Assembly (NCBI RefSeq): GCF_036321535.1
Contig: NC_087436.1
Location: forward strand, 114,516,001 to 114,580,000
DNA length: 64,000 nucleotides
Direction of reading: 5' to 3'
DNA from: Camelus dromedarius
Lineage: Eukaryota
Shown: one piece after another, positions 49,161 to 60,300 of the stretch
Position numbering within the stretch: position 1 is the stretch's first letter
Layout of the letters: the number at the start of each line of letters is the position of its first letter
Made by a program: the position numbers and the translations under genes
The notes under the pieces: model-generated
Told to the model about the DNA's origin: nothing
Seen by the model: the letters and a program-made list of their open reading frames with translations, nothing else
Databases searched by the model: none

Positions 49161-50869
49161 AGAAAACAGGGACTGGGACCTGGTATCTTTAGTCTACTAA
49201 CCTCCCCACAAAACTGCAAGTTCCGTGGGAGCAGAGCCCTTGAATGAGTGTCCTCACTGCTTAGAAGAGCTGTGAACAAGGCCCACAGTAGGTGTTCACT
49301 TAATACTTGTCAAATATTCACTAAACACAGGGGATCAATTTGAAGACCTTCCTTTAGAATGGGGAAGTCCTATTTTATTCCCGAAGTCTCACCCGATACC
49401 ATTCATTGGAATTTTTAATGAGAGACTTCAGCTCATCAGAAAGAATACTCTAATGACCAGGCCAGTCTGTCCATAGTCTAAGGTACTTCATGAAGGAATA
49501 AACTCCTTGAAATCAGGATGCATTCCAACAAAATTTGGTTTATCACCTGTTAAGGACACTAAAAATGATATTTTAAAATGAGGTAGGAAGGTGGTTTTAC
49601 AGATAGCAGACAGGTTTATCTTGTGTAACTATTTCAATTTCTTCCTATCTAAAGATCTCCAGTTTCTTGCAATTTCTAGAATTAATCTCTAAGCATTTTG
49701 TTAATTTATTAGTTTTAAGACCACTAAAAAAGATTCCCTAGTTTATGACCCTGTTGTGGGCATTTTACAGAGGCTCCACAGAGACATTTTTCTTTTCTGT
49801 GGATCAGCTCTATTTCTCTTTGGGATAATAAAGCACCGCACTGAAGCTTTTGGTGCCATCTAGCATGGTCTTCCACACAAGACATTTTTTTTTCTTTTTA
49901 ATTTATGTACATGACTTCAAGTCTTCAAATCTAATTTTCAACCTGGAATCTTGCCACAAGTGTGTAAAACACGGTCACTGAACAAATGCAATTGGCTTTT
50001 TGTTTCATGTAGCAATACTGCCCCAGGGATGAACACAACCAAATAAATGATATCTCTCCATCAAACTGGTGTCTAGGAAACTGGTGATTAGAAAATGCAA
50101 AGTTTTCTTCCAGATTTCCCTTCCTACGAAACCACACATGAAAATTGATCCTATGGCCTTAACTAAATCTGGTGTTCAGCCAAAGCATTTGTGCCAGTTG
50201 GGGTGTTTTTGTCAGCAAGTAAAGGAATACATCACTAAGCTACGTAAGTATTACTCCTCATAACAAGAAGCCTGGAAGGTAGGGTGTAGAAGGCTGTAGC
50301 AGTTCCAAGCATTATGTCCTCTCCCAAATAATGACAACAGAGGAAGGGAGGGGACATCTTTCCTTCTGTGTCTCTCTTTTTATTCTTTCTCCTTCTTCTC
50401 CCCCTCCTGCCTCCCCTTCTCCTTCTTCTATCAGAGAAGAAAACCAGATATTTCCCAAAGGACATTCTCTCTGTCTCATTGGTTAGACTGGGTCTCATAA
50501 CCATCTCCATTCAGGAAGAGTAGAAAAGCCAACCACTGCCACATTAACTCCTCTCATGGACAAGAAGGGGTTAAATCTGTCCTCATTAGAAACAGATTCC
50601 TCAAAGGAACATTTACAAAGAACCTGGCAAAGCTTTCTCACTCACCTTTTTCTTCTAATTCTCATTAACACACCCAGTGATGTAGAAAGTTGATGGTGGT
50701 GATTGGGGGGAGAGAGAAAGATCTGGGCACCTGGGTGGCAACTACTGTGGCCAGCCCTATCTACAGATGAAGGGACTGGGGTTCCACATAGGAACTCTGC
50801 TTAGAGTAACATGGGTAGAAAGCAGTGATTGTCCAATATGGACCGTATCTAATGATGATGATGACGAGG

Positions 50870-51280
50870 GTGGTAATTGCACTGGTTAACACTGAGCACT
50901 TATCATGTACCAGGCACTGTACTCTGTTACTTTGCAGTGATGATGTCATTTAATTCTCAACCCTATGAAGGAGGTAGTGTCTCTGTTCTATAGATTAGGA
51001 AATTGTGGCTCAAGCTCACACATCTAGTAAGTGCAGGTCTGTGATGAGAAAGCCAGTGCTGCTGCAAGGGCAAGGTAATTCTTGACACCGTACTGCTTTC
51101 CCATTTGAATTCCCATATTCTTTCCAGGACTACTGCTTCTGAGCTAAGCTTTTTGTGACCTAAGTTTCCTCATCTGTAAACTGAGATAATTCTTGTTTTA
51201 CAGGGTTCCCATGAGGAGCCAACGTGATAATCCACGTAAAGCAGTTAACAGGGAGACATAGTAGGCTGGCATTATTGTTG
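50870..51280. mobile_element. Two MIR fragments (- ~50870-51080, + ~51130-51280)
   Basis: aacactgagcacttatcatgtaccaggcactgt; and cctaagtttcctcatctgtaaactgagataat. Confidence 0.75.
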
Positions 51281-51358
51281 TGGAATTTATCTTACTATAT
51301 TGAAATTTTCAGTTATGTCTTTTACCTACCTTCTTGAACTGAAATCATCCATTCAGGA

Positions 51359-51682
51359 CAGCAGTTCTAAAACTTTTTGGGGTCACGGTCCCTCTTCACT
51401 CTTAAGAATTATTGTGAACCCCAAAGAGCATTTGTTTAGGTAAGTTATAGCTATCATTACTACACTAAGATGAGTACTGAAAAGTGTTTGAAAGAATAAC
51501 AAGCATACGCTCCGTTAGATGACGTCATACACATCATGCATCCTCCGGGAAACGTCTATGTATATTTGTGAGAGAATGAAGGTGAAAAAGGCAAAAAAAA
51601 AATTGTTTGTATTATTGGGAAAACAGTTTTGACTTTGTCAGGGCTCCCAAGGTCCCCCCAGACCGCACTTTGAGAACTGCTG
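51359..51682 (-). mobile_element. hAT-Charlie non-autonomous DNA transposon (MER119-like)
   Basis: Terminal inverted repeats cagcagttctaaaa (51359-51372) and tttgagaactgctg (51669-51682) match at 13/14. Internal cactcttaagaattattgtgaaccccaaagagc. TSDs are decayed. Confidence 0.8.
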
Positions 51683-51689
51683 CTTCTAG

Positions 51690-52800
51690 CGTACGTGCTT
51701 CGGGAGCGAAGCATCGGATTCCGTTGTTTGGATGAGAAAACCCAGTGTTTAAGAGGAGAAAACAAGAGGCACCGCCACAGCTACGTTCTACGCTCAGCCG
51801 CCACCGCAGACTCGCCGCCCGGCAGCGACGCCCTTAGTAACAGCTCCCTCCGCCGCCGCGCCGCCGCCTCTCTTCGCGGGGCGCGACCCCCGGTGACGAT
51901 ACCTCCCCAGACGGCCCTCCCCTGCGCGCTCCGCCGGGAAACCAGCGTCCGCGGCGCCCTGAGACAGGCCCCGCCCCGCCGCCGCTCCGCCGGGTCCTGG
52001 CTTCCATGGCAACCTCGGCGAGCAGCCCAGGCGTCACCCCCCCCTTTACCAGACAGGCTAAACCATTCTCTCCAGGGGAGGGGGGGCCTTCACAGGGAGC
52101 TGGAAACAATAGAATTTAATAGAACGCCTGCGTGCTACCATGCCCCCATTTTCTATCTAGCTTGAATAGTACACATCCTCTGTTTTCTTCCTCCAACTGT
52201 CCCTGCAAGGGTAGCGCCGCGTCTCGCCTGCTGTGTTCGAACGCCTCCTCATCTCAGGCCGGCTGATGGGCCGGCCGGCCAGGGAAGCTCGCGTTCGGCG
52301 CTGGTTGGAGCAGAGGCTGGGGTGCGCGCCCGACGTAGCGCGCGGGGGGCGTGGCCTCGCGCAGGGGGAGGGGAGGCGGGCAAGATGGCGCCTGGCGAGT
52401 GATTCTCCCCGGTTACCTGCAGCGGCCGCTGAGACACCGGGGCGGGGGGTTCTGTCCCCACCGCTGCCCTTCCTCCTCTCCCCCGCCCCCGGAGATTCCC
52501 TCCTTCCCTTCCTCCTTCTACTTCGGTGGGGGAGGGAGGGGAGGCGGGCCTGGTTCCTGGGACACCATGTCGGACTCTGAGGAGGAGAGCCAGGACCGGC
52601 AACTGAAAATCGTCGTGCTGGGGGACGGCACCTCCGGGAAGGTCAGTCCTCGAGCGGGCCTGCCGTGCCAGGCCTGTAGCAACCCTGGCGCGGCCCTGGC
52701 GCCCCCAGCCTCCTCCCCTCCCCGCGGCGTCGCCTTATTTCTTTGAACCCCGGGGCCTGTGGGCCCGGGCCCTCCAGGTCGTGGCCTGGGACCGGACACA
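51690..52800. promoter_or_regulatory. RAB28: RAB28 CpG-island promoter
   Basis: CpG-dense. GC boxes at 51968-51980, X-box-like GCTTCCATGGCAAC at 52000-52013, YY1/TISU-like CAAGATGGCGCC at 52381-52392. Confidence 0.88.
52567..52641 (+). CDS. RAB28: Ras-related protein Rab-28, coding exon 1
   Basis: acc[28 protein letters not shown] (start of the P-loop); donor AAG|GTCAGT, phase 0. Confidence 0.97.
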
Positions 52801-53547
52801 TATTAGGTGCTTGGTGAAGTCCGACGAGAACTGTCCAGCTCCCCTTACATTAAAAAATGAAGAAGAAAAAGGCATTTCCCAACTCCCTGTCTCTATCGCG
52901 AACTCCTACTTCTTCAAGACACGGGCCAGCATCTCCCTGGGAAGCTTTCCAGCTTCTCGCCTCTGGGGACTCTCAAGGAAGACATCTTATCTTTTTTTTT
53001 TTTTTATTTAACTTTAGTCCAGGTCACATTTTGTTCCCTTCCCCCCCTTTACTGTTCTTCTGATGCCTCCACTGCACGGGGAGCTCCCAAGAGCTTGACT
53101 CTGGAATGAGATTCCCTGGGTGAGAGAATTGGGGCTCCGTCACTTTACTGGTCAGGTCATTAGCGGGCAAATTGCTTATCCTGTCTGTGGTTCGTCTGTA
53201 AGATGGGTATATCGATAGGGGTCGTCTCCAAGGGTAAAGTGTGAAAATCCACATAAAATGTGAAAATCCACGTGAAGCTTTCAGAACATGGTGTGCATTC
53301 AACAAACGTTAGGTGCTGTTTTAGAGCATCATACTTGTTCATCTCTGCTCCCAGCGCAGCACCTGTCAACACAAGCATTCATTCAACAAGTATCAATTGA
53401 ACTCTTCTGAGCTGGATGCTGAGGGCAGAGCTGCTAGCCTGGCAGAGGGGATCCTTGCCTTAAAGTCTATCCTTCGGTGACGGTTGAATGAATGAGAGTG
53501 AGTGCGTGAGAATATCTGGCAGCCAGTCCCCTTACTTTGTAGGCGGG

Positions 53548-53683
53548 GGTCTTTAACTCAGGGTCGTGGAACTCCTGTAATGGAGTAAGCGTTGCCGGCC
53601 CGGTCCTTGCTCTCTGGGGAGGGTCGGTAAGATCTTAGAGGCTTCTATGATCCACGCCCCAAATAAGGTGAAGAGCCTCTGCC
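53548..53683. mobile_element. Degenerate hAT-Charlie MITE
   Basis: gggggtctttaactcagggtcgtgga...ctggggagggtc...ccccaaataaggtgaagagcctctg. Confidence 0.4.
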
Positions 53684-56600
53684 CCGGGGAACCTTCACAC
53701 CTGTCGCTTCTGTCAAGGGCGCCAACGTTGTTTCCGAGAACGTTGCTTAAGTTGTCTCCTTTCTTCTCTTATGCCTTTCCCCAGCCATTCTTCAGAAACG
53801 CAGGTGGTTATTGTTAACCAGTTTCCCGTTTTCGGCTGCGCGTTTCTGTGTTACTGGTGTAGTTTGGACCCTGGTTTCTGTGGAGACGACTCGCTACATC
53901 CTCGCTGGCAGCATTGCACAGCTGCTCCTGTCTTTCATTCTGAGATTTGGGTTCCTAGGGCCCGGAAAGGTGTCATTCATATGCAAAATTCGGAGAATTC
54001 TGTTAATTTCTTTCTTGCCACACTGATATTTTGTTATTGATTTTTGTTGTTAGGGAAAACAACTTAATAAGCTCTGATGATTTTGGAACATTTTGAGGAA
54101 GAAAATTACTTGGGATCACTTCTCTTTATAAAGCATTAATTATTATGAGTTTTTGTACACTTGTAACAACTTTTTGAATAGCTGTTTAAATAAATCAGCA
54201 TTGTTTCTAACACCCTTATTCGATAAAAAATTTAAGCTTTATTTTTATAGTTTTCTCATCATTCGTATTTTCTTTTGAATGCCTTCTAATTTTTATTTCC
54301 TAAATCTTTTTATGGTCAACTCATAAGTAATTTATTTTCTGTTTAAAATTACAGTGACTATAACTCTAATACACTTGTAAAAAGACACAAAAATTGTTCA
54401 TTATCCTACATTCTATTATAATTCTTAAAATTTTTGTTAATTTTGTTCTAGTATTCATCCATTATTATGTATATATTTCTCAGTTGAAATTTGTTCATAG
54501 TTTTCTATTTAAGTTTTTCATCTAGCCTGTTACACATTTTCCTCTTGTTGTTAATTTAGTGTGAATAATTAAGGTTTTTCATTTCTGTCTAAAACTGTGT
54601 CTAGTATAGAACAACACATGTTTTCCCCTTATGTTTTGGTGAATTAGGACTATTATTCTGCTTTGAAGGATAACAATGATACTCTTTATAGTACCTGATA
54701 GTTCTGATTTAGTCTTTGTCATCTTGATGTGTTTTAAAACTGTAAAGGCTTTTTCTGCAAGAAATTTCTGGTTACCAGCATCAGAAAGCTAACCTTTTTC
54801 CATTATTCATATATCAAGCTTTTTTTTTTCTCCATACCCCATTCAGCTCTCAAATTATTGGCAAATTATTTGGCAGCTACTAAAATTCCCATATGTTTCT
54901 TTCACTGTCCTTTTCTTTCATTCTTATTTGTGTGCTGATTTAACTCCTGGCCATTTTTTTCTCGCATCATTTTTCTTGCTAGTTGTGACTCAGGGCATTT
55001 TATACACCCCGACAGAAGCAGTAGAGTATTGAGATGACCACTAACAGTTTCTGTAAGAGAAATTTAGCTCCTCCTCCTATTAACACGTGTTTCTATTTCT
55101 TTCTTGTTTTGATTCATACTTTGGATTTTATTATATATTTCTTAAGATTTTTTTGAGACAAAATTTTTTTTTATGGTGTCTTCAGTATTTGTAGATGTAG
55201 TATGGTTAACAGTTGTTCACCAAGTTAAAAAAAATCAGATAAAAATGTTATAGATATGGTAGGTGGTTGTTCACTTCCTAATTGTTTAAGAAGGGTATTT
55301 ATGCAATGACTTGTGAGAAATTATTGACTTTGAAAGACAGGGTCTAGATAATTGAAGAGGAAATGCTTCTCACTGATTCAGTTGATTCTCTGTTTAATTT
55401 GTTAAGTAAGATGTCTGGAGATATAAGAATCCATTTTAATAAATTCTTTTTTCCAAGGACCTATACTTTTGACAGATTGTATTCTGTTCCAATTGAAAAT
55501 TCTAGCTTTATATTTGCCTCAAAAGTGTGAGGGTAGGTCTTTCAAAAGCTAGAAATCCTATTTTCAGGAAAAGAAACTTAAAATTTTTCTGAATATTCAT
55601 TAATATAAAAATACTGATCTTTGAGAAACTTAAGTGAAAGTGAAAAATCACCTTAAATAACATTATACTGAAGTTACATGTGTCTTGAGTTTTTCTTTGA
55701 CTTATAAAAGTATTTTAACCACCCATATATTAAACATTTTGAAATATCTGTAGTAGTGTAAGTAGTGTTAATTATTTTTCTGTAGAACTCTGAGCCTCTT
55801 CACAGATGACTTTGTGCTCCTAGTTAAGTAAGCTTAATGGCATAAACAAGGCTAAATGAAAAACAAAAGGCTTTAAAAAAGAATGCTTATCTTTTTTTTC
55901 TGTTCTCTCAGTATTTTATATTATCAAGGTAGCTAGATAAATTTTCGTTTTGGTGTAGTGAGTTTATTTCTCAGAGTCTAGCAAAACATCTTTTTTATGG
56001 TGCTCAGTAAATATTTGACCAAATATTTTATAAATTTCTTAAAAATGCTGAGAATTTAAACATTACAAGAATTAGAGTTAGCGTGTACAAATTGCCATTT
56101 ATATGAAAAATATAGTTCTTTTGTCAAAGGAATTTTAGGTCTTTTTGTTTAAAGGAATTGAAATTTGGCCAAGTTTTTGTTTTACACTATTGTAATTATG
56201 TCATAATTAACTATAATAAGCTATCATGGAAATTTTATCTTAGTTTTCATTATCTTAGGAGTTGACATCTAATTTTAACTTTTAAAATAAAAAAAGGAGC
56301 TATTTTTCCTTAACTTTGGGAGTCTATCTTGAAGAGCATACAAGCTTCATAAGCTCTCTTTCTCTTCTTTTTGGAGAAGTTTACAAATAAATAAATAGTG
56401 CATTTAAAATGTTTAAGACGCTTTTGAGTTACTGAGTTACTTCAGTTGTTACTAGAATAATTATTCTTTTGCTTTGTTAAGAAATGGTACTCTAAAGAAA
56501 CTCCAGAGTTTTGAATACAACTTTAGTTGTTATTAAAAAAAAATGTAGATATGTATCTGGCCTGGTTATAATATTCTTGTGACTTTAAGCTTTATAGTTC

Positions 56601-57232
56601 TTTTGAATGGAATATATTTTTGCCTGCTTAATATTAATCTTAAAATATCAATTTCTTCATTTAAAAGATAAATATTAGTCATTCTATAGAATCATTTTTA
56701 TGTAACATCTTTAATACAGAGAAAAATTAGACACATTTCTTGAGGGGACAATAAAGAAATGAAATTCTATAAACAGGCTTTCCTCTCCTTAATTAGTACT
56801 TACTGGCTGAGGACACAAACTACTCAGAAATGTTTAACATCAGAAGTGCAACTTCTCTGAAATTTATATTGAACTGGTATATGTGGACATAATGAGATTC
56901 AGATCTTTAATCACGTTGTTTTAGTTTTCTCTGTTGATAAATCTCAAATTCTAATTGCTAGTAAGGAGAAGGAGCTTGACAATCAGGGTATTTAAAGAGA
57001 TTTAGCTGATTAGTCTGTTGCTGCCACTGATAGCTGGTTGGCAAGTGAAATTTACCTGGTGGAGTGCTAAGTCCCTCTTCCCGTTGTAACTGATTAGAAC
57101 TGCTCAAAGTTGCTTGTTGAATTAATACAAGTATAAATATTAAGATTACTTAATAAGATTTGGTAGTGATTTTATGTTTATATATCTAAAACAAAGACAT
57201 TAACATTGATATTCTGTGCATCAATTTTTTAG

Positions 57233-57329
57233 ACCTCCTTAGCTACGTGTTTTGCTCAAGAAACTTTTGAGAAACAGTACAAACAAACTATAGGACTGGA
57301 TTTCTTTTTGAGAAGGATAACATTGCCAG
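57233..57329 (+). CDS. RAB28: RAB28 coding exon 2
   Basis: tttttag|[35 protein letters not shown](G) (switch I); donor CAG|GTAAGA; 97 nt. Confidence 0.97.
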
Positions 57330-60300
57330 GTAAGAGACTAAAATGTCTTAACAGAAAATTGTACATATCTGACAATAAGAGACATAAACAGTAATGTGTA
57401 AAATAAATATTGCGGCAGTTTCTGTGTGAAAATATATGTAGTTAGTAAATCTATGTTACGGAGGTTAACTTTCTTCAGCATCTGCCATGAAGACATACTG
57501 TCCCTGGGAGTGAGGAAAAAGTTTACATACTCCCCTCTCCCCCACTGTTTTTGACCACTATACATTTTTTGAGGAAAAACAATAGTTGCTTATAAAATTC
57601 TAAAGTTAAAAAAAAACTCAAATGCCATGCAGTTATCATCAGATATTGTATAAACTAAATGTGAAAAGACTGGAAAGGATTATTTTTTTAAATATTATTT
57701 TGATTAGCCTCTGCTTCAGTTTTTTGTTTGAGAGAAAGCTGGAACAGAAGTATAATGTAGCTATGGAACTTCTGTGCTCTAATATGTGAATGCTGTTTTA
57801 TGCAAGGCAGCATGAAATTGCTGGCATTTAATAGACCACTAAAATTTAGGGTCCCCAGGCACTCATAAAAATACAGTTTGAGCATTCAAGATGTTTCAGT
57901 TCACCATGCAAAGAAACTATTTAGATGCCAGTTGCAGCACATTTTGTGGGAAATACAGGGAAATAATAACAAAAAAAGAGTGGTTTCTGTTTTAAGTTAG
58001 TTTCTGAACAATTGGGGCTTTAGAATGCTCTGTCCATTTACATGTGATGCTTAAATTATATGTTTAAAGTATTTTATTAAAAGTATTAAAAGCAGTTTAT
58101 CTTGATTGGCTTAATAAACCAGCCCATCTCTCTCCTCTCTGAGGAAGTATATTTGAATAAAAACGGTTGCAAGTGTAGTATCAGATTCATATATTGGAAT
58201 GTTAGTGATATAGTGGGAAGGGGTTTTTAAAAAATTCTAGTATTTTTGAAAGATGTTGATCTCTCAAATACCCCATCTATCAGACAACTCTGAAAGTTTT
58301 GGAGCAGCTAATGAAGACTCTTGGTATTTGAAGTTACTCTGCATATCTCATTAGTAATATACTCTTATATTTTGTTGTGATTGGTACTTGGCTTCCAGGG
58401 AAAAATAAAATAGAAGATATAGCTTGAGAAAAGAATTTCAATTTTCCATTACTAAGTTATTGTTCAGAAAGAGGTTTAATGAGGCAGATATGTGTATTTT
58501 GTTTTATTTGTATTTCTTTTAATGTATTCAAAAGTGAAAATCTCATTTTTATTATTCTTACTCTTATGGGTAGTTTAATGCTGCTTTCAGAATATTTACA
58601 GCAGTCACTAGGAGAAGTACAAAGCATAATATACATACTGAAAACTTATTTTTGCAGCAGTGTTGTTAGGGATGCCAGTTGTACACAGAGAACCTCAGTA
58701 TGTGCTTAATTATAGACTATTTTGTATTGAGACTAATTGGCAAAAGCACTAACTTTCTGTGTCATTAATATTGTTTAACTTTTCTCATTTTTCAGCTCAA
58801 AGACTTAAATACAGGAGTAAGCACCTAGTCAAACATTAGAAACATTTTAAGACTGGTTTTGGACATTTTATATATCTGAAAAGTATGATAATTTCTTGTC
58901 TTTTGCACAATACTACCAATTTTTAAATTTTGATGACTTTGTAAAAAATATTTATTTTTGAAATCCAAATTTATAATATTTTAGAGTTAGAAAGTACTTA
59001 CATTAAAAAATGACACTGGGAAATGTAGACTCTTAATGAATATACATTTTAATTTTCCTGACTAAGTTTTTATTTTTATGGGCAGAGTTCCAGAAGAAAA
59101 TTTCCTTTTTTAAGAAGGCAGTTGGTCTTATTCTACTTAATGGACTCAAAATTGTGGTAGAAATTTCAGTAGGAAAAAATTGTTTTAGTGTAATTTGATT
59201 TTATATCAGTAGGTACCTTAAAAAATGAGGTTAATAAACTAAAAGGTTTATTATATACCTTTTATATACCTTAACCTTAATTTTAACTCATTGTGTCAAA
59301 CGATTAATATTTGTATCATTTGCTAAAACATTCTAGGCAGCATTATTGAATTCATGATATAGCAGCACACGAGGGGAATCTAATACTTATTAGTATTCTA
59401 GCAAGTCTTCAGTCCATTCAGCTTGTTAGAGGTGTAATTCCTCCTGTCCATCTATTGACATTCTCTTCATGCAAGTTTTCAAGGTCGTTACTTTGCAAAT
59501 ACGCATCCATTTTCGTGTATTTCACGATCTGGTATGCTGTGTAGTCTGGATGCAACCACTGTGCAGATTTTACTGCTTGAAATAGTGTATCTGTTAGTCA
59601 GAGATTCTGCTGATAGAGCTTCTTAAGAGCCTTAGTCAAAATACTTTCAGGAAGCTTGTGGGTACAGTCCAGTAAACAGCGTTCTACTGTGAAAAGGATT
59701 TCTAAGTCTTTAGTACAAGAAGTGGGCAGACTTGTGTTTTTAGTTCCATCTTGACTATGCAGCACTTTAAGTAAGGTTAACCAAGGCACCAAGTGTACTT
59801 TTACAAGGTCACTGTTGAATCCTCTTGGTGGCTTTGATTTATACCAAAAGCAACTTACCTGTATTTTGTCACCTCATTTATTTATTTTTTTTCCCCAGTT
59901 AAATGTCACTTCTTACAGAGGAGCAGGAATTTTCTAGCATTTTGCATTTGGGATTAGGTTGCTGACAATTTCCTACTTAAATTTCTTTATTAGTTACAAA
60001 TTTATATTAGGTGGATTCTCGATTTTTTAAGAATTTACAATATTGGTTGAAAATTCTTAGAGCTTTATAGGCATGTCATTTTGAAAATATGCTAGAAGAC
60101 TTCATTTTTGCTTGCAAGAACTAGAAGGAATATTGATTTGAATTGTATATTATTTTGTTTTCCCAAATACAGAATCCCCATTTATTTTTATTTTTATGTG
60201 TTAATAAGCCTAAAGTTCAAATGTGGAAGTTGAAATATATTTTGAGATACATAAAATAACTATGATGTTAATATCATTTGTTGAAGCTGTAGTGATAGAA

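Noticed and set aside
51695..52602. ORFs across the RAB28 CpG island (51695..52165+, 52233..52580+, 52249..52602-)
   Set aside because: Non-ATG or low-complexity ORFs typical of CpG islands; no homology recognised.
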